64,000 nucleotides of DNA from Nitrospirota bacterium (GCA_963788195.1 CAWBGA010000008.1:32001-96000); one strand, 5' to 3'; positions 31,461 through 44,111 are shown, counted from the stretch's first letter. A program made the numbers and translations. The notes: generated by a model from the sequence alone, not told the origin.

Positions 31461-32045
31461 ATGGTAATAGAACTGTCGCGAAATTGGATTTCTTATCACA
31501 CAGACGCACTCGTCAATGCGCGCACGATGCCGAGCTGGGAAGCTGCCGACTACTTGACACAATACCTGTTCGAAGATTCTCCGAATACCAAGCTGCTTGA
31601 GGCCAAGGCACCCTATGAGGAGATCGCCCAGTTCCTGCAGCGAATCTATGGGCCAATCGTAGAAGCGGCTACTCGGCAAGTCCCGACCGAGGCGTCTTCA
31701 CGGATCCAGATCTATACTGATATCAGTCTGATGAGCGATTCCACGGTGTTGATCGTCTCCGTCTCGGACGAAGTGAAGGAATCGCAGTTACTCATGCTGG
31801 ATACAATCCGTCCCTGGGACCTCGTTTTTCCTAATGCCGATGCGTTCAATGAATGGGCTGAAACGCGCTATCAACAGGTTCTTGTGGCGCTATCCCGTGA
31901 GCCACTTGCCGCCAGGGGAACAGGGTCGGTCGGGGTACCCATTGCTCCGCAACTGCAATGGGTCAATGACCCAGGGTGGGCGGTGAAATGGCTGGCGACA
32001 GAAAGTGATTCAGACGCAGAGCCAGTGCGCGCGGCGCGCCTGTAG
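31461..32045 (+). CDS. Hypothetical protein
   Basis: AAGGAG RBS and a 194-aa ORF with no family recognised. Confidence 0.65.
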   Translation: MVIELSRNWISYHTDALVNARTMPSWEAADYLTQYLFEDSPNTKLLEAKAPYEEIAQFLQRIYGPIVEAATRQVPTEASSRIQIYTDISLMSDSTVLIVSVSDEVKESQLLMLDTIRPWDLVFPNADAFNEWAETRYQQVLVALSREPLAARGTGSVGVPIAPQLQWVNDPGWAVKWLATESDSDAEPVRAARL

Positions 32046-32055
32046 CAGGCAGGGA

Positions 32056-32481
32056 TTAGCGCCCGCGCTGTTTGGCGCGCGCGGCGATTTTCGCGCGCAG
32101 GCGGGCTTTCTCGAGGCTGATTTGGGCTTCCTTGAGATCGGACGGCAACCCGCCCACTTCAAGGCGGCGCTGCGCCTTTTCCACTTCGGCCTGCGCCCGT
32201 TCCACGTCGATGTCTTCGGCCTTTTCCGCAACGTCGGCTAGGATCGTCACCCTTTGAGGCGTAACTTCGGCAAATCCCGAGAGCACGGATATGTAATTGT
32301 AGTTCGTCATGCCGCTAACCCGGTAGCGGAGTTCGCCGATCCTGAGCAGCGAAAGAAAGTGGCAGTGCCCCGGTAGAACCCCAAAGTCACCCTCGCTGCC
32401 AGGCGCAATGACTTCCTCCACCTCCTGGCTCAGAAGGAGTTTTTCCGGAGTCACGACTTCCAGTAACAACTTGCCGGCCAT
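32056..32481 (-). CDS. atpC: ATP synthase F1 epsilon
   Basis: LEVVTPEK, GDFGVLPGH and GFAEV, directly after atpD. Confidence 0.96.
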   Translation of the reverse strand: MAGKLLLEVVTPEKLLLSQEVEEVIAPGSEGDFGVLPGHCHFLSLLRIGELRYRVSGMTNYNYISVLSGFAEVTPQRVTILADVAEKAEDIDVERAQAEVEKAQRRLEVGGLPSDLKEAQISLEKARLRAKIAARAKQRGR

Positions 32482-32492
32482 ATCGCGCCCGC

Positions 32493-33974
<1,482 letters not shown>

Positions 33975-34845
33975 TTATTTCAATGCTTCGGCTCCGCCCA
34001 CAATGTCCATCAGTTCCTTGGTGATTGCAGCTTGTCGCGTCTTGTTGTAATAGAGGGTCTGTTTCTTGATCAGCTCGCCGGCGTTTTTGACCGCTCCATC
34101 CATGGCGGTCATCCTCGCCGCCTGCTCGGCGGCAAAAGATTCAAGCAGGACACGGTAGATGAGAATGTACATGAGCTGCGGCAACATATTTAAGAACTCC
34201 ATCTCGCTCGGCTCATACAGATAGCCGCCCCCGTCAACCGGGCTCGGGGCCGCCTCGGCGGGGGCGAGTTCAAGCGGCAGCGATAGTCTCACAACGAGCT
34301 CCTGCTGCATGACGGATTTAAATTGATTGTAGACCGTATAGAGCTCATCGAAACTTCCCTTTGTATACTCCTCGATCAAGTCCTGTCCGATGTCCTTCGC
34401 ATGTTCAAATGTCAGGCGATCAAACACGCCCGGCCATTGCCGGAAGATCGGCCACTGCCGTCGCTTGAAGAAGTCGATGCCCTTTGCGGCCGACGATCGC
34501 GACGCTCACCCGTGCTCCACGGGCTTCATGCTCTCGTATGATTGTGACCGCCTTGCGCAGCACGTTGGCATTGAACCCCCCGCAGAGCCCGCGATCGCTT
34601 GTCACCACCGCAACGACGACTTTGTTACCCGGACGCTTTGCAAACAAGGGATGCGCCGCTCGATCCATCCGCTGGCTCACACGATCCAGCAACGCTCTGA
34701 CTCTCACCGCGTACGGACGCGCCGCGAGAATGCGCTCCTGCGCGCGCCTGAGCTTCGACGCGGCCACCATCTTCATGGCTTTCGTAATCTTCTGGGTATT
34801 CTTTACAGAGCCGATCTTCCGCCGTAGTGCTTGGAGACTTGCCAT
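33975..34845 (-). CDS. atpG: ATP synthase F1 gamma; +1 frameshift at 34480-34482
   Basis: KITKAMKMVAASK and SDRGLCGGFN in one frame, RMTAM...YNKTRQAAIT in the next. Deleting one G restores KGIDFFKRR. Confidence 0.95.
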
Positions 34846-34863
34846 GGTCGAATGCGGCCGGCG

Positions 34864-36387
34864 CTAGCTCTTGGCCTCGAAGCCCATTTGTTTTTTGAAC
34901 GTACCGATGATCTGTGTCAACTCAACGACTAGCGCATCGTCAATCTTCGGCTTGGTCGTCAGTGCCGTCTTGAGTTCCGGGTGATGCTTTGCGACGTATC
35001 CCAAGAGTTCGTCTTCGAACTCCCTGACCCTGCTGACCGCGACATCATCCAGGAACCCGTTCACGCCGGCGAAGATCGACACCACCTGGTCCGCAACCGG
35101 CATGGGTTTGTACTGGCCCTGCTTGAGCAACTCCACCATGCGGACACCCCGATTCAACTGGGCCTGCGTCGCCTTGTCGAGGTCGCTGCCGAATTGCGCG
35201 AATGCCGCCATCTCGCGGTATTGCGCCAAGTCCAATCGCAACGTTCCCGCAACCTGCTTCATCGTCTTGATCTGCGCGGACCCACCGACGCGGGAGACGG
35301 ACAGGCCGACGTTGATCGCGGGCCGGACGCCCGAATAGAACAGGTCGCTCGCCAGGTAAATCTGACCGTCGGTGATGGAGATGACATTCGTGGGGATATA
35401 GGCCGAGACGTCGCCCGCTTGCGTTTCAATGATCGGCAGCGCCGTCAAACTGCCTCCGCCCAGCTTGTCGCTGAGCTTGGCCGCGCGCTCCAGCAGGCGA
35501 GAGTGGAGATAGAACACGTCGCCGGGATAGGCTTCGCGGCCCGGCGGGCGCCGGAGCAGGAGCGAGAGCTCCCGGTACGCCGTCGCGTGCTTCGAGAGGT
35601 CATCATAGATGATCAGAGCATGCCGGCCGCTGTCGCGGAAGTACTCGCCTATGGCCGCGCCGGAAAAAGGCGCGAGATACTGCATCGAGGCCGGGTCGCT
35701 CGCCGTGGCCGACACCACGATGCTGTATTCCATCGCGCCGTGCTCTTCCAAGGTTTTTACGACACGGGCCACCGTGGACCGCTTCTGCCCGATCGCCACA
35801 TAGATGCAGAAGACATTCAGCCCCTTCTGGTTGATGATCGTGTCCACCGCGATCGCCGTCTTGCCGGTTTGACGATCGCCGATGATCAATTCGCGCTGTC
35901 CCCGTCCGATGGGAATCATGGCATCGATGGACTTGATTCCGGTCTGCAAGGGCTCCTTCACAGATTGCCGGTCAATGACGCCGGGCGCGCGCACTTCGAG
36001 GAGCCGAGATTCGGTTGCCTTGATCGGACCCTTGCCGTCCAGCGGGATCCCCAGCGCATCCACGACCCGGCCGACGACCGCATCGCCTACGGGAACCTCT
36101 GCGATGCGACCCGTCAGTTTTACCGGATCGCCCTCCTTGATGCCGGTATCTCCGCCGCCCATGAGTATGGCGCCGACGTTATCTTCTTCGAGATTGAGCA
36201 CGATGCCATAGACATTGTTAGGGAATTCGAGCAGTTCTCCAGCCATGGCGTTCTCCAGGCCGTAGATCTTGGCAATGTTGTCGCCGACCTGAAGGACGGA
36301 GCCCACTTCTGCGACGTTTACCTGCTTGTCGAAGCCTTCGATCTGCCGACGAATGATTGAGCTGACCTCTTCCGCTTTGATCTGCAT
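34864..36387 (-). CDS. atpA: ATP synthase F1 alpha
   Basis: GDRQTGKT and [21 protein letters not shown]. Confidence 0.98.
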   Translation of the reverse strand: MQIKAEEVSSIIRRQIEGFDKQVNVAEVGSVLQVGDNIAKIYGLENAMAGELLEFPNNVYGIVLNLEEDNVGAILMGGGDTGIKEGDPVKLTGRIAEVPVGDAVVGRVVDALGIPLDGKGPIKATESRLLEVRAPGVIDRQSVKEPLQTGIKSIDAMIPIGRGQRELIIGDRQTGKTAIAVDTIINQKGLNVFCIYVAIGQKRSTVARVVKTLEEHGAMEYSIVVSATASDPASMQYLAPFSGAAIGEYFRDSGRHALIIYDDLSKHATAYRELSLLLRRPPGREAYPGDVFYLHSRLLERAAKLSDKLGGGSLTALPIIETQAGDVSAYIPTNVISITDGQIYLASDLFYSGVRPAINVGLSVSRVGGSAQIKTMKQVAGTLRLDLAQYREMAAFAQFGSDLDKATQAQLNRGVRMVELLKQGQYKPMPVADQVVSIFAGVNGFLDDVAVSRVREFEDELLGYVAKHHPELKTALTTKPKIDDALVVELTQIIGTFKKQMGFEAKS

Positions 36388-36399
36388 TCTTGTCTACTC

Positions 36400-36942
36400 C
36401 TAGATCTTTTTGCGCAATGCCATCCGCATCCGCTCGAACTGTCCTCGGATGGTCCCGTCGTAAACCGTGCTGCCGATCCGAATCTCTAAGCCCCCGAGCA
36501 AACGGGGATCGACCGCAGTTGTAAGATCGATCGCACTTTTCGTTACCTGTTCGAGCCGTCCCTGAATTGCCGTCCGGTTTTCTTCAGAGAGAGCCCGCGC
36601 AGAGGATAATTTGACGGCCGTGCGGTTCGAGGTTTGGTCCGCCATCCTCGCGAAGGCATCGCTGATCTCGACGAGGAGCGCAATTCGGTTCTTCCGCACC
36701 ACATGCGCGAGAAAATGTTCAATGGTGGGCGGTGCAGCAGCGACGGAACCCAGTTCGCGCATCACCGCAGCCTTCTTGTCTCGACTGATAATCGGATTTT
36801 GCAGCAGACCTCGAAGCTCTCGAGACGTGGCCACTGTCTCGGCCAACACCGCCAGGGAGTCCGCTGCGGGTCGGATATCGGATGGCGTTAAGAGATTAAA
36901 GAGGGCTTTTGCGTATCGTCGTGCAATTGCTGTCTGAATCAC
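36400..36942 (-). CDS. atpH: ATP synthase F1 delta
   Basis: IARRYAKAL, VDPRLLGG and YDGT. Confidence 0.95.
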   Translation of the reverse strand: MIQTAIARRYAKALFNLLTPSDIRPAADSLAVLAETVATSRELRGLLQNPIISRDKKAAVMRELGSVAAAPPTIEHFLAHVVRKNRIALLVEISDAFARMADQTSNRTAVKLSSARALSEENRTAIQGRLEQVTKSAIDLTTAVDPRLLGGLEIRIGSTVYDGTIRGQFERMRMALRKKI

Positions 36943-37000
36943 AATCGTCGCCTTGCAGAGGGTGGTAACGAACTCCGGTAGGCTCTCTCAAGAGGGGCGG

Positions 37001-37030
37001 AACCTATCACGAAAAAGACAATTCTGTCAA
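37001..37030 (-). promoter_or_regulatory. Candidate sigma-70 promoter of atpHAGDC
   Basis: Minus strand reads TTGACA-N18-TAGGTT with an extended TG. Confidence 0.6.
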
Positions 37031-37109
37031 GAAGTTCGCCTATTTCGTGCGAATGATAATCTGTTCCGCCCAGGAGGGGGAAGGGTGGCAGGTGACGACG
37101 ATACCAGGG

Positions 37110-38192
37110 CTAGAAGGGTTGCTTCGCTATGATCCCGCCTCCCAGTAGAATGTCATCCTGATAGAACACGGCAGACTGACCCGGGCTGACCGCGCGTTGG
37201 GGCGCGTCAAACTCTATATGAAGTCTACCGTTGGTGTCGGGAGCCACCGTCGCGGGGACCGCTGGACTTGCATATCGAATCTTCACTTGAGCGCACACCG
37301 GCCCCTCCAGCCTGTCGATCCCGACGAGATTGACATCCTCCACGACACACGACTTCTGAAGCAAATCCGCTTCGTTTCCTAACACAACGGAGTTGGTCGG
37401 CACGTCGATCCGAACCACATAAAGCCGCTCATCCGAGATGACGCCCAGGCCACGGCGCTGACCTGGAGTATAGAAGGCGGTGCCGCGGTGTGTCCCCAAC
37501 CGGCGGCCGTCTGGACCGACAAAAGCTCCAGGCCGTTCTGCCTCAGGCGCCTGTTCGGTGAGAAATGAACGGTAATCCCCCTTGGTCACAAAGCAAATCT
37601 CCTGACTCTCCTTGATTTCGTCGGCTGGCAACCCAATGTCTTCGGCTCGATTCCAGACCTCCTCCTTGCGAATCCCGCCGACCGGAAAAAGAAGCCTTGG
37701 AAGCCACGCGCGGTTTAACCGGTACAGAAAGTAGCTCTGATCCTTCTTCGGATCCTCTCCTTTGAGCATTTGTAAGCGCCCTTCAGGATCTCGGAGGATT
37801 CGCACATAGTGTCCGGTTGCCACATAGTGGGCGTCCACTTGCGTAGCCAGTTGAATAAGCGACGCGAGCTTCACGCGCTCATTGCAGCGCACACAAGGAT
37901 TGGGCGTCTGTCCGGAGAGGTAGCTGTCAACAAAGTCGCGCACCACGTCGGAACGGAACTGCTCGCGAATATCGAGCACGCGATGGGGGATATTGAGTCG
38001 CTCCGCGACGTAACGGGCGATCCCTACCTTACAACATCCACGCTCCTGCCATTTCTTCGAAACCTTCTCACCCTTTTCGGGTTCCCAAGTCTGGAGCGTC
38101 ACACCCTGGACCTCGTACCCTTGCTCGACCAAAAGCGCGGCAGCCACAGAACTATCCACTCCGCCGGACATTCCTAGAATCACACGTTTCAT
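37110..38192 (-). CDS. mnmA: tRNA 2-thiouridylase
   Basis: MSGGVDSS, TPNPCVRCN, ATGHY, KDQSYFL, ESQEICF and SPGQ. Confidence 0.96.
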   Translation of the reverse strand: MKRVILGMSGGVDSSVAAALLVEQGYEVQGVTLQTWEPEKGEKVSKKWQERGCCKVGIARYVAERLNIPHRVLDIREQFRSDVVRDFVDSYLSGQTPNPCVRCNERVKLASLIQLATQVDAHYVATGHYVRILRDPEGRLQMLKGEDPKKDQSYFLYRLNRAWLPRLLFPVGGIRKEEVWNRAEDIGLPADEIKESQEICFVTKGDYRSFLTEQAPEAERPGAFVGPDGRRLGTHRGTAFYTPGQRRGLGVISDERLYVVRIDVPTNSVVLGNEADLLQKSCVVEDVNLVGIDRLEGPVCAQVKIRYASPAVPATVAPDTNGRLHIEFDAPQRAVSPGQSAVFYQDDILLGGGIIAKQPF

Positions 38193-38196
38193 CGTA

Positions 38197-38646
38197 TTAC
38201 TCTGAGTTCGCGGAACTTTGAATCCAAGGCCAGCCCGCTTCCTGGACCGGCTCTAAGCCGTCTTGGGGCGGGTGCTCGTTCGTCCGGCCTTTTGCTTCGC
38301 AATTCCCTTTAAGACGAACGCCTTCTTCGACGGCGAGTAGGGGAGTCTTAACAGTGCCCGCGAGAGCCGCAGTCGAGGTGAACTTTACTTTCTCCCGCGC
38401 CGTCACATTGCCATGGATTCTTCCACCGCTGACAATTGTTCCGGCGCTGACGTCTCCGTCTATCACCGCGTGCTCGCCCACGATCAGCATTCCTTTGGTA
38501 TGTATCGCGCCGGTCACGACTCCGTCGATCCGAACAGTCCCGTCAAAATTAAGGGTGCCGTTAAACTCGAACCCGCGAGCGAGAAACGTCAAGGATTCTT
38601 CGCTCGTGTGCGGCACGTCTTTCTTCTTGGTGGACAGTCCAAACAT
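38197..38646 (-). CDS. Bactofilin 3
   Basis: GFEFNGTLNFDGTVRIDGVVTG...IVGEHAVIDGDV...LAVEEG beta-helix pattern. Confidence 0.9.
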   Translation of the reverse strand: MFGLSTKKKDVPHTSEESLTFLARGFEFNGTLNFDGTVRIDGVVTGAIHTKGMLIVGEHAVIDGDVSAGTIVSGGRIHGNVTAREKVKFTSTAALAGTVKTPLLAVEEGVRLKGNCEAKGRTNEHPPQDGLEPVQEAGWPWIQSSANSE

Positions 38647-38730
38647 ATTGAGCTATTTCATCCTTGTAGCAGGCCCCGGACCCAAGTGTGATGGATTCCG
38701 CGAATACGTTTGCCGCGGAGGACAGAGATA

Positions 38731-39165
38731 TCAGCTCGCTCCGCGCGCGCGAGCCGATGGACCTGAAGCGCCACGCACATCTTCCAATGCGCGAATCTCG
38801 GCCCGTCCGTCGGCTTCACAGTTCCCGCTAAACGTGACCCCTTCCTGCAAGGAAAGCAGGGGCGTTTTGATGGTTCCGATGAGGGCTCCAGGAGCAAGGA
38901 GCTCTAACTTCTGCGACGCGATTACGTTTCCAGTGATTCTGCCGGCACTGGTCACGACGTCTGCGTGAATGTCGCCATCTATAATCGCATGTTCCCCGAT
39001 AATCACACTACCTTTTGTATTAATTTCACCCTCTAAGCGTCCGTCGATCCGCACAGTACCCTCAAAGGTTAAGGTTCCCTTAAATCGAGCGCCTTTCCCC
39101 AGAAAAGTAAATCCCTGCTCACTATCCAACGTCTGCCATTTGTCGTTTGTGCTACGAGGCCACAT
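38731..39165 (-). CDS. Bactofilin 2
   Basis: FLGKGARFKGTLTFEGTVRIDGRLEGEI. GGAGG RBS precedes ATG 39165. Confidence 0.9.
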   Translation of the reverse strand: MWPRSTNDKWQTLDSEQGFTFLGKGARFKGTLTFEGTVRIDGRLEGEINTKGSVIIGEHAIIDGDIHADVVTSAGRITGNVIASQKLELLAPGALIGTIKTPLLSLQEGVTFSGNCEADGRAEIRALEDVRGASGPSARARGAS

Positions 39166-39251
39166 ACGTTCCTCCAAGCAAAGCTAGCTCGACCCGAAGG
39201 CCTGATGATTATTTAAGGCCGCCGGGGTAGTTTGTTTCCCTTTTCATCTTC

Positions 39252-39335
39252 ATCACGCCTGCCAAGACGCGCTCTTTGTACCATTGCACCCCACCCAGCC
39301 CCGGAATTTGCCAAGACAGATTCTCTACCTGTCAC
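39252..39335. repeat. Family B repeat between bactofilin genes
   Basis: GCCAAGACGCGCTCTTT...CACCCCACCCAGCCCCGG...GCCAAGACAGATT. Confidence 0.6.
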
Positions 39336-39838
39336 CCGCCTTTCATCGTTGAACTTACGCGAATCGGGGTGACAGAGCCCACGGCCGCGGAACGACTGTC
39401 TTGGGCGGACTCGGCCTTCGCCATCTCGAGGGTTCCATTGAACAGCACGCCCTCTTCCATGGACAACAGCGGCGTTTTCACTGAGCCATTCACGACGGCA
39501 GGCGCCAGCAGGCGAACCCGACCGACCGAGACAATATCGCCCGTGATATGCCCGCGGCTGATGACAGTGCCGGCCGTCACCTTCGCCGTGATGACCGCCT
39601 CCTGGCCCACCATGAGCACACCAGCTGTGTGGATCTCACCCTCGAGACGCCCGTCGATCCGCACTGTGCCGTTATACGTGATCACGCCTTTGAACTCTAC
39701 GCCCTTCCCGACAAAAGCGATCACTTCATCCCCTGTACCGAGATCACTGCCGTGTTCCGCCTGATCCGGACCTCGATCGGATTCCAGGCTCGTTCGCGGG
39801 GTGGTCCTCTTCTCGGAGCCCTCGGGCTTTGAGAACAT
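39332..39838 (-). CDS. Bactofilin 1
   Basis: FVGKGVEFKGVITYNGTVRIDGRLEGEI, with an RBS, directly after parB. Confidence 0.9.
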   Translation of the reverse strand: MFSKPEGSEKRTTPRTSLESDRGPDQAEHGSDLGTGDEVIAFVGKGVEFKGVITYNGTVRIDGRLEGEIHTAGVLMVGQEAVITAKVTAGTVISRGHITGDIVSVGRVRLLAPAVVNGSVKTPLLSMEEGVLFNGTLEMAKAESAQDSRSAAVGSVTPIRVSSTMKGG

Positions 39839-39860
39839 AGTTTCCTCCTTACGTATAGGC

Positions 39861-40706
39861 TTATCCTAAAATCAATTCGACCAGTCTATCTAATTCTGCT
39901 GAAGAATAGTACTCGATGAGGACTTTTCCCCCAACTTTTCCCTCGATGAGGCGCACCTTGGTACCCAGGCTCCGTGTGAGTTGCTCTTCTAACGGGGTGG
40001 GAGCGTGATCACGACGCTTTGGCCTCGCGGCAGCCGCATAGCTGACGAGCCGTTCCAGATCTCGGACCGATAGGGACTCCTTGATGGCCTTGCGGCCTAA
40101 TCTGATCTGCTCATCGTGACCGGCAAGTCCCAACAGGACCTTAGCATGCCCCAAGGAGAGTTGCTCCTGCTCGATCCAAGTCTGAACTTCGAGTGGAAGC
40201 GCTAGCAGGCGCACCGTATTGGCGATTGAAGAGCGTTGCACGCCAACTCGCGCAGACAGCTCCTCCTGAGTCAGACCAAATTCTTTCATCAGGCGTTGAT
40301 AGGCGTTGGCGGCTTCGACGGGGTTGAGATCCTTCCGCTGAAGGTTTTCGATCAAGGCTATTTCCATGGATTGGGCATCGCTGGCCGCTCGCACAATAAC
40401 CGAAATCTTTTCCAGCCCCGCGAGCTTGGCGGCCCGGAGTCGACGCTCGCCGGCAATCAACTGGAACTGGCCATCCCCTAACCTTCGCACCAGAATAGGC
40501 TGGATAACGCCCTGGGCCTTGAAAGAGTCGGCCAACTCTTGTAGGGCATGATCATCGAATACGCGGCGAGGCTGGTAGGGGTTCGCGGAGATCAAAGGGA
40601 GGGGCACGGAGATAATCTGTTCGCGCTCGTCCTGCACGATGGTCGCCGGTTCGCGGCCGGCGGGGATCAGCGTTTCAAGGCCTCTACCGAGCGCTTTCTT
40701 CAGCAT
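39861..40706 (-). CDS. parB: Chromosome partitioning CTPase
   Basis: KALGRGL, NPYQPR, IAGERR, ENLQR and an HTH. Confidence 0.96.
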   Translation of the reverse strand: MLKKALGRGLETLIPAGREPATIVQDEREQIISVPLPLISANPYQPRRVFDDHALQELADSFKAQGVIQPILVRRLGDGQFQLIAGERRLRAAKLAGLEKISVIVRAASDAQSMEIALIENLQRKDLNPVEAANAYQRLMKEFGLTQEELSARVGVQRSSIANTVRLLALPLEVQTWIEQEQLSLGHAKVLLGLAGHDEQIRLGRKAIKESLSVRDLERLVSYAAAARPKRRDHAPTPLEEQLTRSLGTKVRLIEGKVGGKVLIEYYSSAELDRLVELILG

Positions 40707-41466
40707 GGCTGGGTTCCAACAACTCCTTCGTCAGACTAAGGTAGGCTTGGGCTCCTGTCGATGCCACGTCATACAAGAGGGCTGGGGTTCCATGGCTCGG
40801 CGCCTCGGCCAGAGTGATGTTTCGCGGTATGACGGTTTGAAATACCTTACCCGGTAAATACTTACGTATTTCATCGGCGACCTGCCGGTTGAGATTATTG
40901 CGTCCGTCATACATGGTCAAGAGGACGCCTTCAATGTCCAGCCGCGGATTGAGAGATTGTCGGACGAGATCTACGGTGCGCATCAACCGCCCCAGGCCTT
41001 CCATGGCAAAATATTCACACTGCACCGGAATCAGCAACGCATCTGCAGCAGTTAAGGCATTCACCGTTAAAAGACCAAGCGCAGGCGGACAGTCCAAGAG
41101 AATGATTTCGTAATCGTCCCCAATCTCGCGAAGCGCCTCCTTGAGGATCCATTCCCGATTCGGAAGCGTTGTGAGCTCAATTTCCGCTCCCGCCAGATTA
41201 GGATCGGACGGAACCAGGTCAAAACGAGAAATTGTTGATTTTACAATAGCTTGTGATAATTTCCGACCTCCGATTAAAACATCGTAGGTGGAAAAGCTGG
41301 CGCTCTCAGGAGGAAGCCCACCACAGCTTGTGGCGTTGGCCTGCGGATCGAGGTCAATTAGCAGAACGGAGCGCTCCGCCACTGCGAGTGAAGCCCCGAG
41401 GTTCACTGCCGTTGTAGTTTTACCTACTCCACCCTTTTGGTTTGCAATTGCGAGGACTTTCGCCAC
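40684..41466 (-). CDS. parA: Chromosome partitioning ATPase (Soj)
   Basis: NQKGGVGKTT, DLDPQAN, DCPP and EAPSHG. Confidence 0.96.
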   Translation of the reverse strand: MAKVLAIANQKGGVGKTTTAVNLGASLAVAERSVLLIDLDPQANATSCGGLPPESASFSTYDVLIGGRKLSQAIVKSTISRFDLVPSDPNLAGAEIELTTLPNREWILKEALREIGDDYEIILLDCPPALGLLTVNALTAADALLIPVQCEYFAMEGLGRLMRTVDLVRQSLNPRLDIEGVLLTMYDGRNNLNRQVADEIRKYLPGKVFQTVIPRNITLAEAPSHGTPALLYDVASTGAQAYLSLTKELLEPSHAEESAR

Positions 41467-41487
41467 ATACCCCCCAGGTTGAGTGGC

Positions 41488-41516
41488 ATGCTATCACAGG
41501 AAAAATAACAACTCAA
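41488..41516 (-). promoter_or_regulatory. Candidate sigma-70 promoter of parAB
   Basis: Minus strand reads TTGAGT-N17-TAGCAT with an extended TG. Confidence 0.6.
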
Positions 41517-41544
41517 CGTGTTCGTGACAATTATCGGCGCTCGA

Positions 41545-41560
41545 TGTTCCACGTGGAACA
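41545..41560. other. parS: parS centromere site
   Basis: Perfect palindrome TGTTCCACGTGGAACA matching the bacterial parS consensus. Confidence 0.95.
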
Positions 41561-41580
41561 CAGGCAACTGTCGATGGATA

Positions 41581-42240
41581 TTAATGGGCTAGCTGCAAAC
41601 TAATGAGGGTGCGAGGGCTCTGTAGAAACGGAAGGTCGAAGGTGAGCTGCCGCACAATCAAAAATCCTGGCGGCGGAGCTTCCAATTCCTTGACACGATA
41701 CAGAAGAACACTCCCGCCAGCAGAAAGCAACCGCGGTGCGGCAGCTAGGACGACCTCGGGTTTCAACGCGCGACACGTAATAAGATCGAAGGTTCCCTCT
41801 TTCAACTCTTCGATACGCTTCGTTTCAATTTTGATCCCGGGGACGCCCAGGAGCCCAGCTAAATGATGAAGAAATGCCGCCTTCTTGCTCGATGGTTCAA
41901 GTAAGGTGACCATCAGGTCTGGCGCTTGCAGTTTCAACACCATTCCAGGGAATCCTGCGCCACTTCCCACATCCAATATACGAAGTCCTGGACGTGGCTC
42001 AAACATCCGGAATGCCGCGATAGAGTCTAGGAAGTGTTTACTGATAATCTCTAATTCGGTCTCAATGGCCGTCAAATTCATCTTGGCGTTCCATCTCACC
42101 AGCTCCTGCAGGTACAATACCAATCGACAGGCGACATGGGGAGAGCACGGTATCCCCAGCCTTAGACAGCCTTCGAGGAGGAGGGCAGCTGGCGTAGTCG
42201 GTGGAGTCTGTGATCGGGAGGAGTGTTCCACGTGGAACAC
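41581..42240 (-). CDS. rsmG: 16S rRNA m7G527 methyltransferase
   Basis: WNAKMNLTA, HFLDS and DVGSGAGFPG. The start is uncertain because MFHVEH is a translated parS. Confidence 0.93.
   Translation of the reverse strand: MFHVEHSSRSQTPPTTPAALLLEGCLRLGIPCSPHVACRLVLYLQELVRWNAKMNLTAIETELEIISKHFLDSIAAFRMFEPRPGLRILDVGSGAGFPGMVLKLQAPDLMVTLLEPSSKKAAFLHHLAGLLGVPGIKIETKRIEELKEGTFDLITCRALKPEVVLAAAPRLLSAGGSVLLYRVKELEAPPPGFLIVRQLTFDLPFLQSPRTLISLQLAH
42224..42239. other. parS: parS centromere site
   Basis: Second perfect TGTTCCACGTGGAACA, at the mnmG/rsmG junction. Confidence 0.95.
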
Positions 42241-44109
42241 TCAAACTCGCTTGAAACGTTCGACGGCGACTTGCAAAACACCAATGGCTGCGGGGGTCAT
42301 CCCCTCTAAGCGAGAGGCTTGGCCGAGTGAATGCGGTCTAAATCTCACAAGCTTTTCAAGGACTTCCCGGGAAAACCCTTTAACCACAGTATAATTGAAA
42401 TCATTTGGAATTTTGGCGTTTTCAAGCTTCCTGGCGCTGTTGATCTCGCGCGCCTGGCGCTCGATATAGCCTTCATATTTAATTTGGACTTCCACCTGTT
42501 CATAGACGTCGCTGTTCTCTTCAGGATGGAGACCGGCAAGTTGCATTAATGGGCGGTACTCGAGCTCTGGACGGCGCAGGAGGGCCGCCAGCGTGAGATC
42601 CCCGGCGAGAGAAATTCCCAATTGCAGAGCCCTGGATTGTACTTCAGGCGTGATCTTCATTCGGGTTTCGGAAAGCCGCGCACGTTCATGGTCGATAGCG
42701 TCGCGCTTGTGACAGAAGCGTCGATAGATCTCCGGATTTACGAGGCCCAAACGGTATCCTATATCGGTGAGCCGGAGATCAGCATTATCCTGTCGCAACA
42801 GCAGGCGATACTCTGCGCGTGAAGTAAACATGCGGTACGGTTCACGAGCATCCTTAGAGATTAAATCATCAATTAAAACGCCTATATACGCATCGTACCT
42901 GTTTAGAATGAGCGGTGCGTCGCCACGGACTTTTAAGACCGCATTGATGCCCGCCATTAGCCCCTGGGCCGCGGCCTCTTCATATCCGGATGTTCCATTG
43001 ATCTGTCCGGCATGGTACAGCCCCTCCACCAATTTGGTTTCCAATGTCGGATTCAGTTGACAGGGTGGAAAGTAATCGTACTCTACTGCATATCCGGGCC
43101 GCAGCATCGTTGCATGCTCAAGCCCCGGGATTGTCTTGAGCAGGGCCGCCTGTACATCGACAGGAAGGCTGGTCGAGATCCCGTTCGGATAGTACTCGTT
43201 TGTGTCCAGACCCTCCGGCTCCAGAAAAATCTGATGTCTGGGCTTATCGGCAAATCGCACCACTTTATCTTCAATCGAAGGACAATAGCGCGGCCCTGTG
43301 CCCTTGATAATGCCTGTGAACATCGGCGAGCGGTCCAGATTGTCGGTGATAATCCGGTGCGTGTCGGCATTCGTGTACGTCAAGTGACAGGCGACCTGCG
43401 GAAGGGGTATTTTTTCGGTGCGGCATGAAAAAGGTGGCGGCGGATCATCGCCCGGCTGCAAGGCCAATCCCGAAAAATCAATGCTGTCTCTGTCCAAGCG
43501 GGGAGGCGTGCCGGTTTTGAGCCGGCCGACCTCAAAACCTAGATCCCTCATGCAATCCGACAAGTTGTCTGCGGAGGCTTCGCCCGCACGTCCGGCCGGA
43601 AAATGGTTGGTGCCGATATGGATTAATCCACTAAGAAAAGTTCCTGAAGTAAGAATCACGGCTTTTCCGCCGATTCGTTCGCCGCTTCCGGTGATGACCG
43701 CGGTGACGCGCCCGCCGCTGGTCTCAAGACGATCCACGGTCCCGCGACGTATGGCCAGGCCGGCCTGTGCCCGTAGTGTGGCCTGCATCGCGCCTCGATA
43801 TCGCTTTTTATCGCACTGGACCCGGAGCGACCGAACCGCCGGGCCGTTGCGCGTATTCAACATGCGAAACTGAATGCCGGTTTGATCAGTGTTAAAACCC
43901 ATCTCGCCGCCGAGCGCGTCGATTTCTTTCACCAGGTGTCCCTTGGCGATTCCCCCAATCGCCGGATTGCACGACATCTGGGCGATCTTGTCCTCTTCCA
44001 TGGTGAGCAGCAGGGTACTGACGCCCATTCGCGCCGCCGCCAACGCGGCTTCGCAGCCCGCGTGGCCGCCGCCGACAACAATAATATCGTAGGCTTCGTA
44101 CAATCCCAT
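42241..44109 (-). CDS. mnmG: tRNA uridine-5-carboxymethylaminomethyl modification enzyme
   Basis: [30 protein letters not shown] and [11 protein letters not shown]. Start ATG 44109. Confidence 0.97.
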   Translation of the reverse strand: MGLYEAYDIIVVGGGHAGCEAALAAARMGVSTLLLTMEEDKIAQMSCNPAIGGIAKGHLVKEIDALGGEMGFNTDQTGIQFRMLNTRNGPAVRSLRVQCDKKRYRGAMQATLRAQAGLAIRRGTVDRLETSGGRVTAVITGSGERIGGKAVILTSGTFLSGLIHIGTNHFPAGRAGEASADNLSDCMRDLGFEVGRLKTGTPPRLDRDSIDFSGLALQPGDDPPPPFSCRTEKIPLPQVACHLTYTNADTHRIITDNLDRSPMFTGIIKGTGPRYCPSIEDKVVRFADKPRHQIFLEPEGLDTNEYYPNGISTSLPVDVQAALLKTIPGLEHATMLRPGYAVEYDYFPPCQLNPTLETKLVEGLYHAGQINGTSGYEEAAAQGLMAGINAVLKVRGDAPLILNRYDAYIGVLIDDLISKDAREPYRMFTSRAEYRLLLRQDNADLRLTDIGYRLGLVNPEIYRRFCHKRDAIDHERARLSETRMKITPEVQSRALQLGISLAGDLTLAALLRRPELEYRPLMQLAGLHPEENSDVYEQVEVQIKYEGYIERQAREINSARKLENAKIPNDFNYTVVKGFSREVLEKLVRFRPHSLGQASRLEGMTPAAIGVLQVAVERFKRV

Positions 44110-44111
44110 GG

